Assembly (NCBI GenBank): GCA_024704765.1
Contig: JAKMXF010000318.1
Location: forward strand, 248,001 to 312,000
From: Oopsacas minuta
Lineage: Eukaryota > Animalia > Porifera
DNA: 64,000 nucleotides
Direction of reading: 5' to 3'
How positions within the stretch are numbered: position 1 is the stretch's first letter; the number at the start of each line of letters is the position of its first letter. Positions 52,575 through 62,775 of this stretch are shown here, in pieces. The position numbers were made by a program, and so were the translations under genes. The notes below the pieces were generated by a model. It did no database searches. It was not told the origin of the DNA and saw nothing but the letters and a program-made list of their open reading frames with translations.

Positions 52575-55500
52575 TTAATTATTTGTAGGTGAATCGTCGT
52601 CAGAATTTCCATCGCTTAGAAACCCTCTGTCTCTATCTGAAGGAGAATCTTCACTGCTGGATACTGGCATACGTACATACGTTCTGTTACGATCCTCATC
52701 ACTACTGCTATTGAATATTAATTCAAATCTATCAAAGTCTACAGCTATTCGATGTTGTTTCTGTTCAGCTAGTGTTGCAGTGAGGTAAGGCCAGATAGCA
52801 CGCTCTGATTTAACCAATGCAAATAGTACTTCTGTACCGTACATGTGACGAATAATTTCGTTATTTACTGCAGCGAATAAAGGGAAAGAAGCAGAGTATA
52901 GCTTGTCTCTTGTACGGATATATATTTCTAAGTTAGAAGGAGATGCGAAAATATCCGCAGAGATAGCGTTCTCAATTTTGCAACTAATCTTAATTTTAGC
53001 TTTAGTCTGACTCCAGAGGGGAGAGAGCAGAGCTCTTGTCTGATTGGGGTGAGGAACATTAGAGGGCATTTTGAATAAAGAATATTTAGACGATGGTCTA
53101 CCTCGACGTGTACGAGGATTAGTTTGTGATGAAATGAATAATGTTATCTCTTCAAATTTCCCTGTAATTCTAGTATCCTTATAACCCTTGGATAAGCTCT
53201 GAAGGATCTGTAGCTTATCTTTGAGTAGCTGTTTAAGGGTCTGGCTATTTCTAACGAGTAGAGAGAGCAAGCGGAATAGAGTGTAACACTCATTGGTGTT
53301 ATCACTAACAGACAATTGAGAGAGGAGATGGAATACTCTCTCCCAATCTATCAATTCTACAATCTTATCTCTGAGTACCGAGTAGCCTGATAGAGCCAGG
53401 AGTAGCTCTGAGAATATGTAGGGGATATTACTTAGCATACAATCTTTTAATATTCCAGATTCTAGTACTAGACGAGCAGAGCTTTCAGAACGCTGAGAGA
53501 TAGAAATCAGGAACAAAATTAAGGTATTTTGAGTTTTATTGCAATTCAGTTCATGAAATAGTCTAACAATCCAGAGCAATAGGTCACTGGATAGTAAGGA
53601 CTTATAGAAAGCTTCACTCTCCTCAATCACTGTTAAAATGCGAAATATAACACATTTTGATTCTACTGACATGTCTAATGGAAGGATAGTATTTGTAAAT
53701 TTACTCAGACATACTCTAACCTTATTCCCCTGATTCAGTGTAGTTACTACTCTAAGCACAGCACTCATCAGACACCATACATCTGTGTAGTGTGTAGATT
53801 TGACTACACATTTGCCTAATTCTGTCCAGTCTTCTACTTCTAGCAATGACTCATCATTGTACCCTGCCAAACAGTTGACAATATCTTCAAATACTGTATG
53901 TGTGTATGCTTCTTGATTCAGCAGGGCTTGACAGCTTGTACGGAACTTGGATACAGTTTGTGTACAGAGGTTAGACTGATGTTGTAATCCTATTTGTGTA
54001 TGTAATGTGTCTAGTATATTACTTGTAGACTTACTGGATTGAGCGTATAATTCTACCGAATAGGTAGGAATATTTTGATGTAGTTCACTAGTAGATAGAG
54101 ACATTTCCAAAGCAAACAATAGCGTATCTCCTCGTGTCAAATCCCATAGAGTATCACCAGCTGAAGAGAGCTCATTGTAAGTCTCTGAGCTAGCTTCTGA
54201 AGAATTTATAGCTACAAATCCATGTAGACTACAAGGAATAGCTTGTGCATTCATTAGGAACAGGAAATGATCGCTTATAGGATATACTTCACGGTTTTTT
54301 ATCCATTCTACATCTCCGTAATCAATGAAATATATCTCATAAGCCCCCTCTATAGATATAGTTATAACCTTGCCTCTATATAACCTGCTGTCTACTGATA
54401 GCCTAGCTACACAGTACTGTCCTACACGCAAGACATAAGGGTTGAATGTAGGAAGAGAATACGCATTTAATACAGTGCTGAGTTCATTTAATTTGTTAAG
54501 ATTTGATGATTTCTGAACGTAGAATAGATTGGGAGTTTCTATAGCAGAAATATTTACAGTTACATCTGAATTCAGCTCTAAGGACTCTGATGGGACAGCT
54601 GGCGTATCATCATCAGCTGGTGGATGGATACCTAGCTTATCGAAATGAGAGGGATTGTGTATAGCCCAGTCTTTGTTAATAGCTTGTTGTGGATATGACA
54701 TGGTAGCACCCGTGATGTTTAGTGATTTTAAGGAGTACGTGTTCTCCAATAGATCTATAAACAGGAGTCCATTAAAGTTATAAGCTATCCTACCTGTGAA
54801 TTTCTTCCCCTTTAAACATTTTGTAGCAAATTCACAAGCTTGTGGTGACCAGTCGTAATCTCTGTCTACTGGCTTAATACTACAACACACCATCTCTACT
54901 ACTTGTCTAGGTACTTGGTAGAGATGACATGGTAGTGGTAGTAGCTGGTTAGCATAGACTACCTTCATTTCTCCTGTGTCAATACAACGCACTTCAACTT
55001 GCTCTCTGTGATAGAATATCAGCTGATCTAGAGCTCTGCTGAAATTCAGAGTCTGTACTCGATAATACAAGTTATCAGCAGCATCATATAGAGCATAGTA
55101 GTTACCTAATTTAGGTACACATACCTTATCCTTAGTGCTCCAGGAAGAACTGAATGTCTGGATCTCACGATTGAGAGTCAAGGCTTGAGATGCACTGAAA
55201 CATGGACACGTGACGTCACCTAACTTCTCTGGATAATGCTCTAGGATTCTAACCCATATCTGGCTGGGATTGGACACATGAGAGACCAGGACTACTACAG
55301 ACCCGCTCTGGGGGGTGTCAGGATGTGAAATGACCTCTGTCTGCTCGAGAGAGGATTGTAATGTGCTGGTTGATCTGGTGGGGGAGTCAGCAGATGGAAT
55401 TCGGTGTAGAAAGCTACAAGATTCATGAGGACACTCTCCAAATGATTTGAAATAAAAACAGAGTTCTCCTTGTTTAGAGAATTTGGTTGTTTCTCTTATT

Positions 55501-57542
55501 CTAGTCAGCTGATTGGATACTTCAATGGGTACACTATAGCCAAGACGTGTATGGAAATTGGATAGATAAGATATCTTATTTCCCAGCTCTTTGGTGAGGA
55601 AGACAAGAGACTGACAGGAAGTAGCCATACCGTTATTAAAGCTATCCGTGAGTAGATGATATCTACCTCTGAATACTTTCTTAGTATTACCTGTATTAGG
55701 GAATTCTAAATGAATGAGTGTAGTTACTTGCAGGTAAGACAGATTAATGGTGAATCTCTCTATTGCATCATCAAATAGTATTAATATATCACTTTTAGCT
55801 TTGGTCTCGTCTTGTTTCGCTTCCCACTCATTCAACAGCTGCATAGCTTCTTTGGAAGATTCAATATTTTGACTCAATACATGGAATTGGTAGTCATTAG
55901 ATGATAAGACATGTGACAGCTCTGCTAGTGTTGACATGTTTGACAGACATATGGCAGCTCTGTATGAATTTTTTGGTAGATATTCCACCAGTTTATCTAG
56001 CTTTTCTGTCATCTTGCAGTTGATCAGCTGTTGAGGTACTCCTTGGAAAACACTTGCTTCTATTGGACATGTTATAAGAGTTATTCTATTTTTGGTATAC
56101 GCGCGCATGAGGCTGAGAATAGCCGCAGAATATGAAGCTGAAAAGATCAGTATCTGGGGAGGAATGCGGATATTTACAACAATTTCTTGTAAGAGTGTGG
56201 CATAAGTTCGCATAAATTGCTTAATTTCAGTCTCATATTTAACTACTAGTACATCTGAGTTATCAAACACTAAATAAGCAAGTCTAGCTAGGGATATAGT
56301 ATGTGCAGACAATAGTCTTATAGCTGAGCAGGGTGTACATACTAGTATATCAGCTCCAGAGCCTAGACAGTCAACAGCTGATGCTTCATGTCCCTGATAA
56401 GCTAGAGCACACAAATTCACCTTACTTTGATCTTTCCAGGATATAATATTCCTACACACCATATGTACGTACTCTGCTTCTCTAGCGGAACCGCAGAATA
56501 CTAGGATAAGAGGGCCGCTCTGAGCTTGGAGATGTTCGTAACACTCATCAGTGAATAAATATCGATGTAGGAGAGGAAGGATATAAGATAGAGTCTTACC
56601 TGACTGAGTAGGAGAGATACACAATAGGTCTCTACCAGATAGGATAGCAGGCCATGCATGAGCTTGTACTAGGGTAGGACCAGGGAAAGATAGAGATTTT
56701 AAGCGGGTATTAAATATATCAGAGAAGCACTGGGAAGCAGCTAGCACCATGGGGGGTATACTGTCTCCTTGAAGGAAAGATTGTGGATGATATGAACTGT
56801 GATAAGCTTTGAATGCTGATACTTGTGATTGAGTAGAAATAGCTGTAGATTTACTTAGCTCACTCCTCCTCTCTTGTGTAGTTACTGACTCCTCATCTGT
56901 GCGTTCTAGGAGAGAAGGGAAGCCTGTGTACTCCTCTGCTAGCCCTGATGATATCAATTCTGATCCAATCAGCTGGTTGCTATTCGTATGGTAGCAGGAT
57001 ACAAATGCTACTGAACCAACATAACCTTTGATCTCTGCTCTGAACTCCAGTTTATTAGAATGAGATATACCAAGTTGTTCGTCTATCTTATAACCCCATT
57101 GCTCACGTAGGAGAGAAGATGACTCAAACTTCTCAGCTGTTCTTATACCGAACATACCGTATCTCTTAGCTAGAGGCTTACAGTCCAGGAATAGGGCTGG
57201 CATCGCTAAGATCTGCTCCATCCCGATAGTCCGTGTTACTCCAAAGTCTATAAAGAACACTTCTATAAGATAATCTAGTTTACGTCTCAATCTCCTGCCG
57301 CATTGACCTCTAGCCCAGATATAATCTAGCATAGCTATGCAGTAGTCATTTCTGTGTGTAATGTCAATCAGTTCAGCTTCTGGTGACATAGCATACTCAG
57401 TTATTCGTTCTGTTATGTCATCTTGTAACGATAATGTACTGTGACCCCCACTGGTACTGCTCTCTAGAGCCCAGAATAGACTGGGATATGTGAAATGTAG
57501 AGGTATAAGCTCTAGAGTATCTGATTCTGAATTATCTGCCAT
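52575..57542 (-). CDS. TDRD12: Tudor + DEAD-like helicase + Tudor + CS-domain piRNA factor (TDRD12-like)
   Basis: Tudor (FFIDFG, CIDTGE, FIDYGD), PTLVQAHAWPAILSGRD..SGKT, DNSD at the DEAD position, CCCH-like finger, C-terminal CS-like domain. Confidence 0.8.
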   Translation of the reverse strand: MADNSESDTLELIPLHFTYPSLFWALESSTSGGHSTLSLQDDITERITEYAMSPEAELIDITHRNDYCIAMLDYIWARGQCGRRLRRKLDYLIEVFFIDFGVTRTIGMEQILAMPALFLDCKPLAKRYGMFGIRTAEKFESSSLLREQWGYKIDEQLGISHSNKLEFRAEIKGYVGSVAFVSCYHTNSNQLIGSELISSGLAEEYTGFPSLLERTDEESVTTQERRSELSKSTAISTQSQVSAFKAYHSSYHPQSFLQGDSIPPMVLAASQCFSDIFNTRLKSLSFPGPTLVQAHAWPAILSGRDLLCISPTQSGKTLSYILPLLHRYLFTDECYEHLQAQSGPLILVFCGSAREAEYVHMVCRNIISWKDQSKVNLCALAYQGHEASAVDCLGSGADILVCTPCSAIRLLSAHTISLARLAYLVFDNSDVLVVKYETEIKQFMRTYATLLQEIVVNIRIPPQILIFSASYSAAILSLMRAYTKNRITLITCPIEASVFQGVPQQLINCKMTEKLDKLVEYLPKNSYRAAICLSNMSTLAELSHVLSSNDYQFHVLSQNIESSKEAMQLLNEWEAKQDETKAKSDILILFDDAIERFTINLSYLQVTTLIHLEFPNTGNTKKVFRGRYHLLTDSFNNGMATSCQSLVFLTKELGNKISYLSNFHTRLGYSVPIEVSNQLTRIRETTKFSKQGELCFYFKSFGECPHESCSFLHRIPSADSPTRSTSTLQSSLEQTEVISHPDTPQSGSVVVLVSHVSNPSQIWVRILEHYPEKLGDVTCPCFSASQALTLNREIQTFSSSWSTKDKVCVPKLGNYYALYDAADNLYYRVQTLNFSRALDQLIFYHREQVEVRCIDTGEMKVVYANQLLPLPCHLYQVPRQVVEMVCCSIKPVDRDYDWSPQACEFATKCLKGKKFTGRIAYNFNGLLFIDLLENTYSLKSLNITGATMSYPQQAINKDWAIHNPSHFDKLGIHPPADDDTPAVPSESLELNSDVTVNISAIETPNLFYVQKSSNLNKLNELSTVLNAYSLPTFNPYVLRVGQYCVARLSVDSRLYRGKVITISIEGAYEIYFIDYGDVEWIKNREVYPISDHFLFLMNAQAIPCSLHGFVAINSSEASSETYNELSSAGDTLWDLTRGDTLLFALEMSLSTSELHQNIPTYSVELYAQSSKSTSNILDTLHTQIGLQHQSNLCTQTVSKFRTSCQALLNQEAYTHTVFEDIVNCLAGYNDESLLEVEDWTELGKCVVKSTHYTDVWCLMSAVLRVVTTLNQGNKVRVCLSKFTNTILPLDMSVESKCVIFRILTVIEESEAFYKSLLSSDLLLWIVRLFHELNCNKTQNTLILFLISISQRSESSARLVLESGILKDCMLSNIPYIFSELLLALSGYSVLRDKIVELIDWERVFHLLSQLSVSDNTNECYTLFRLLSLLVRNSQTLKQLLKDKLQILQSLSKGYKDTRITGKFEEITLFISSQTNPRTRRGRPSSKYSLFKMPSNVPHPNQTRALLSPLWSQTKAKIKISCKIENAISADIFASPSNLEIYIRTRDKLYSASFPLFAAVNNEIIRHMYGTEVLFALVKSERAIWPYLTATLAEQKQHRIAVDFDRFELIFNSSSDEDRNRTYVRMPVSSSEDSPSDRDRGFLSDGNSDDDSPTNN

Positions 57543-57775
57543 CTAACAAGTATCAGTTATGAAACAAATGTTAAATTCGTCCGATTTATTTCCAAATCTC
57601 TGCTTTAATAATCAAATAATTCGACAAACAAATACTATGTAACTGATTAGATTACAAATTTACAATATTCCAAAAGTGTTTATAAGTCAGTACAATTGCC
57701 AGATGAGGCTACATTACAACAAGATCAGAGACCTAACTTAGGATACAATTCAGAACACAGTGCGCCTCACTGTAC

Positions 57776-58801
57776 TTAGAACATTTTTTGGGGATACATA
57801 GTGACAGGAGTAGGACTATCCAGGTAGTCTGGTTTGGAGGTTGTATCAAACTCACCCACTGACTGTTGTGACAGGTTCGACAAGGGCATGTCAGTATCCA
57901 TCATTGAAATAGCGTTAGATTTAGAATCGATTTTCCCTGCTAAAGAAATGTCCTCATCTTCTTGAGAAGAGAAAGATCCCATCAGCAATGTCCATTCAGA
58001 GAGCTTTCTATCTTGATTGTTAGGCAGATTGGCTAAGTTTCTGGGTTGCAATGGCATGTTCCTCTTCTCCGGGAGAGAGGGGGCTATAGGCTGAGGAACA
58101 GGCTCTGTATTCTTGAAAAATTGTGAATATATTTCGTGTGGGATATTTCGCTTGATAGTAGCGTGTAGGTCTCGTTTTATGAGAGCTAAGGTGTTAGATC
58201 GTTTCAAATAGTCCTGAGGGCTAATACTATGTAACAAATTATGTTCTATCTCTTTGAAGGGAATATCATTATTACTGGTTTGTTGAGAATCTTTGTCTTG
58301 CTTAGTTGAATGGCAATTGGATTCTGTAGGTTTGTGTCTTAGTGCAGACTTCTGGTTATCAGACTCTGGTGTAGTTAGTTTCGATATGTCCATCATTGTA
58401 TGTTCTTGGTTCTGAAATGACTGGTCAAGGGATTGCTGACTGTTTTGATTTATTACACGAGTTATCATGGAGCTGTCTTCCTGATCCATCATTGAATTGT
58501 CCTGCTGAGCTGTGAGAGGTCCTCTGGAAACTGTTTTTGACACCTTAGCCATGTTGAATATACCGGCTTGTGTCGTGATCCTGTTCCTAGTGATCATAGT
58601 CGGTTTATCTGTCTGTTGAATAGGATTAGGCTTAGGCAAGGTATTGCCTATGTCTGTCAGCAGACGTGAATTCTTATTCCCAGTAGTAGCTCTCTCTGAT
58701 TCTTTAACAATTGGAAACTTTGTTGATTTCTTAGGTAGAGGTCTCACCTTACGTTGTGGTTTCAAAAATATACTATTTTTATTAATGACAGACATAGACA
58801 C
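57776..58801 (-). CDS. Hypothetical low-complexity (Ser/Gln/Asn-rich) protein
   Basis: 341-codon ATG-initiated ORF filling the intergenic space; no recognised domain. Confidence 0.6.
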   Translation of the reverse strand: MSMSVINKNSIFLKPQRKVRPLPKKSTKFPIVKESERATTGNKNSRLLTDIGNTLPKPNPIQQTDKPTMITRNRITTQAGIFNMAKVSKTVSRGPLTAQQDNSMMDQEDSSMITRVINQNSQQSLDQSFQNQEHTMMDISKLTTPESDNQKSALRHKPTESNCHSTKQDKDSQQTSNNDIPFKEIEHNLLHSISPQDYLKRSNTLALIKRDLHATIKRNIPHEIYSQFFKNTEPVPQPIAPSLPEKRNMPLQPRNLANLPNNQDRKLSEWTLLMGSFSSQEDEDISLAGKIDSKSNAISMMDTDMPLSNLSQQSVGEFDTTSKPDYLDSPTPVTMYPQKMF

Positions 58802-58947
58802 TATTCGACATAATTATCCTTGGTTTAGTTAACAAATTGTGTAGACAATCGAGGCTTATATAATTGAGAAATAATAAAATAATGAATACATATTATTTTA
58901 GTGCGGGAATTATTGAATGACTGATATTTACTGAATAGCTACTGAAT

Positions 58948-59928
58948 ATGGATTCTAATAAAAGCATGGAAGTTATAGACATAACTCAGCCCAGATGGAA
59001 ACAAAACACATTTCTGGGACGTTTCAAACACTTCACAGAGCTTACTCATCCTAAACACATGTTCCATTCCTCTAATAGACTCAATAAGGCTGACAAGATA
59101 ATATCTGGTTATAAATCTGGAGAAGATAACTCTCTACAAAAGCTAAGTATCAAAGAACAATGGAGAATAAAATACATTTATGACAGTGCTTTCCATCCAG
59201 ACACAGGCGATAAGATGTTACTTCCATTCCGTATGTGTGCACAGATTCCCTCAGCTATTTTAATAGTATCGGGCATACTCACGTATCACCATACACTGAG
59301 TGGAGTATTATTCTGGCAATGGTTCAATCAATCATATTGCGCTACACTTAACTTTACAAACAGAAACGCTACTTCTAAAGTAACAAATAAACATATCCTT
59401 ATGGCATATACCTCTGCTACTACCGGGGCAGTAGCTGTATCAGTATTACTGAATAGGATGGTTACTACTACTCATTCTCTATCTGGTAGACTGGTACCTT
59501 TTCTAGCTATAACTATGGCTAATGCTATTAATATACCTCTCATGAGGCAGAATGAGCTAAAGGATGGAGTTACTGTTTCTACTGAAGGAGGAGAGAGTTG
59601 TGGGAGTTCTAGGCGAGCTGCAGCTGTTGGAATATTTCAAACTCTCCTCGGTCGATTAGTATTTGCAGGTCCCTCGTTCATATTCTCTCCTATAATATAT
59701 ACACGACTTATACGTCACTTCCCTATTCTACACGCAAGCAAATCTCTGTCAATTATAATACAAGGACTCCTGACAGGACTTCTATACATACCCTCTATTC
59801 CATTAGGATGTAGTTTGTTCCCCCAGAGATCTCACTTATCAGTAAACTCATTAGAACATAATGTCAAGCAGTGTGTACAGCGTAAACACCCTAATGCTAA
59901 ATATGTTTATTTCAATAAGGGCTTATAG
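58948..59928 (+). CDS. SFXN: Sideroflexin (mitochondrial tricarboxylate/serine carrier family)
   Basis: QPRWKQNTFLGRFKHF, DSAFHPDTG, PFRMCAQIP, FWQWFNQS, ends YFNKGL. Confidence 0.93.
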   Translation: MDSNKSMEVIDITQPRWKQNTFLGRFKHFTELTHPKHMFHSSNRLNKADKIISGYKSGEDNSLQKLSIKEQWRIKYIYDSAFHPDTGDKMLLPFRMCAQIPSAILIVSGILTYHHTLSGVLFWQWFNQSYCATLNFTNRNATSKVTNKHILMAYTSATTGAVAVSVLLNRMVTTTHSLSGRLVPFLAITMANAINIPLMRQNELKDGVTVSTEGGESCGSSRRAAAVGIFQTLLGRLVFAGPSFIFSPIIYTRLIRHFPILHASKSLSIIIQGLLTGLLYIPSIPLGCSLFPQRSHLSVNSLEHNVKQCVQRKHPNAKYVYFNKGL

Positions 59929-60020
59929 TGTTGGGTAGAATAATTCATTCAAATCTAATTATCTAATTGATAAATATATTACTGTTATATCTCTAAATTA
60001 ATTCACGAGTTATACGAATA

Positions 60021-60920
60021 ATGTCAGTTCCAGCTGATTCTGATCGTGTATGTACTACCTTCCCGAAGGTTAAGGAGGTAAGGGCCTATATCAAGGACTC
60101 CGAGAAGGGAGGACAAGTTGGACAAGGAGGGGATTGTCATGATGTACCCACGGGACACTGGATAGGCGGGAGTGCTCCCCACATGCCAATCGCTAACCCT
60201 ATGTCTGGATACGAGATGTACGAGGACGACCGGAATTCTTGGGGTATCGGAGCTCTAGGCAGTCTGGTAGTTGAGGTAGAGACGACAGAGGGGGACAAGG
60301 GGGTGGGGGTGAGTCTAGGGGGAGAGGCAGGGTGCTATATCGTAGAGAAACACCTCTCAAGGTTCGTAGAAGGACAGAACCCAGCTGATATTGAGCTCAT
60401 GTGGGATCAAATGTATAAATCTACTATCAATTATGGAAGAAAAGGATTACCATTACAAGCTATTAGTGCTGTGGATTTAGCTTTGTGGGATCTGTTAGGA
60501 CATTTGAGGAGAGAGCCTGTCTATCAGATGCTGGGGGGCAGAACCAAGCCTTATCTACCTGTATACTCTACTACATGTGATGCTCTACAGGCTAAGAAGT
60601 TTGGGTTCGTTGGTGCTAAGATAGGATGTCCTTACGGTCCTAGTGCAGGGGGGGAGGGGCTGAAGAAGAACGTAGAAATGTTCAAAAATACTAGGAAGCA
60701 GGTTAAGTAATAATATCTATTGGTTATATACTCCTGGATTGAATGCTGTAATACAGGTAGGAGATGAATTCCCTTTGATGCTTGACTGCTACATGGCTCT
60801 AACACTATCATACTCTATACAGCTAGCTAGAGAACTTAAGGATCTTAAGTTCAAGTGGATAGAGGAAGCATTACCCCCTGATGATTATCAGGGATACAGA
60901 GAACTTACTAGTGTTTGCAG
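60021..60920 (+). CDS. L-rhamnonate dehydratase-like enolase-superfamily gene; exons 60021-60701 and 60757-60920; 3' part absent from this window
   Basis: GGDCHD..HWI..PIANPMS, GSLVVEVE, GCYIVEKHLSRFVEG, SAVDLALWDLLG, LMLDCYM, WIEEALPP; 55-nt phase-0 intron; ends at donor CAG|GTAAGA. Confidence 0.85.
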
Positions 60921-60991
60921 GTAAGATAAATACTTGTCATAAATTTGATTGTATATATAAGTGTCAATCAATAACATACGATAGAGATAGC

Positions 60992-61540
60992 TCAGTGTTT
61001 GTGTTCTCTGGATAGGAGAGATACACCCTTGATTAGCGTGTGGTCTGCTACTTCATCTTGATAACTAGCTGTTGTTAGTACTGTAGCTGTTACAGGGAGA
61101 ATCAATGTATTGATTTCTGAGATAATCTCTAAATTGTGTTCCACATGTCCTTGTCCTATCTCTCCCATAACTCCCACAGGTACTGCATACACTTCTATCT
61201 GGAATGAAGAACTCATACCAGCAGCAATTGGATGTGGAGTGTATATGATCTTTATACCGGTAGAAGGAGGAGGTGGCTTAATCTTATATCTATAATAAAT
61301 ACTAAATAACTTAGCTATCAGATAGCTATATAGTCAATACCTTGTACTTCTTATTCCAGTATTCTTTATGATTACTGTGTAAGAATAATTGCATCCTTCC
61401 TCCAGCATTCCAAAGTCTACTTCTGTCTCTAGGAGACTGATCCCCTGCTTCAGATTCTTGGAGAGGGGCATAGATAGAGAGGCAGTGTTTAGTTGCCTCT
61501 TGGTCTCATCTATGCACTCTCTATCTCCAGGTCTCAATGT
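60992..61540 (-). CDS. SPAG17: SPAG17 last two exons (61341-61540, 60992-61289)
   Basis: DFGMLEEGCNYSYTVIIKNTG-R-YKIKPPPPSTGIKIIYTPHPIAAGM..HNLEIISE..LPVTATV; 51-nt phase-2 intron. Confidence 0.82.
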
Positions 61541-61830
61541 CTATAATAATAATAATAAGCAATAATGTTATAGCAGCTCACGATCTGGTTCGTGACTATT
61601 GTATCTATGGTTTTTTGTTTAAATTGCAATAGAGTCACGAGAAATTACATTATTCATTAAGTTCACAAGCCTGAGAGTCTTGTGATAGTATTTAAATGCT
61701 TCTAATTATGAATTACGTAATGGTAATATACAAGGAATGCTAAATTGACTAAAATAGTTATAGGGATTGGTAACCGAGTTCGTTAGGTATATATTCGAGA
61801 ATTCAGTAATATGCACACCAAACTGATTCA

Positions 61831-62679
61831 ATGGAAGTTATCTCTGTTCCTTTATCTACCCCCTCAAACTCTGAGAAAGAGTTTAGGAAGATGGATGAAG
61901 ATCCAGATTCTGCTCCCGAGCTAGTCAAAGAAACTTACAGAAAGATGCACACTTTCCAGACCGTTGAGTTTGGGAAGAAAATGCGAGAGAAGTGGGGCAA
62001 ATACAATTACTGTGAAATGACAGTTATGGAAGCACTGGACACATTGAATGAGTTGGTGGATGAGAGTGACCCTGACTTTGTAGGACTGCCCAATAACTAC
62101 CATGCATTCCAGACGGCAGAACTGTTGCGTAGATACAACCCAGATTTAGATTGGTTACATGTAGTAGGACTTATACATGACATGGGTAAGGTGATAGGAC
62201 TAGTGGATCCTGATACAGAGCAGTGGGCACTTGTAGGGGACACATTTCCTGTAGGGTGTGAACCTCAGAAATCTGTGGTATTTCAGAATCTAGGATTTCC
62301 TGAAAATCCTGACACCAAAGATCCTCGTTACAACACTAAGCTAGGAATGTATCAAGAGAACTGCGGACTAGATAACGTAATGATGTCATGGGGACATGAT
62401 GAATACTTGTACAGAGTACTCAAGAACCATGTTAATATGAAACTACCAGATGAAGCTCTGTTCATTATCAGGTACCATTCATTTTATCCGCTACACCATC
62501 GAGATGATTATCAGTATCTACTCAGTGATGCTGACAAAGATAAGATAAAGTTGGTTAAATTATTCCAAAAATTTGATCTATACAGTAAGGAAAAAGATGC
62601 TATCCCAGAGGTAGATCAGCTGAAGGATTATTACCAGAAGCTCATAGACAAATATGTCCCTGGTAAGATAAAGTTCTGA
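61831..62679 (+). CDS. MIOX: myo-inositol oxygenase, nested antisense in a SPAG17 intron
   Basis: VDESDPD, HAFQTAE, LIHDMGK, VGDTFPVGC, SWGHDEYLY, IRYHSFYP, DLYSK. Confidence 0.95.
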   Translation: MEVISVPLSTPSNSEKEFRKMDEDPDSAPELVKETYRKMHTFQTVEFGKKMREKWGKYNYCEMTVMEALDTLNELVDESDPDFVGLPNNYHAFQTAELLRRYNPDLDWLHVVGLIHDMGKVIGLVDPDTEQWALVGDTFPVGCEPQKSVVFQNLGFPENPDTKDPRYNTKLGMYQENCGLDNVMMSWGHDEYLYRVLKNHVNMKLPDEALFIIRYHSFYPLHHRDDYQYLLSDADKDKIKLVKLFQKFDLYSKEKDAIPEVDQLKDYYQKLIDKYVPGKIKF

Positions 62680-62775
62680 CTAGCTTATCTCTCTCTTACT
62701 AGCTTATATCCTCGCTAGCTAACTTATTTATTATTCACGAATATCATACGTAATGTTAGTTACTTTAGTATTTAC

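Noticed and set aside
61110-61295. Plus-strand ORF as the missing RhmD exon
   Set aside because: No enolase-superfamily motifs; it is the antisense shadow of the SPAG17 last exon
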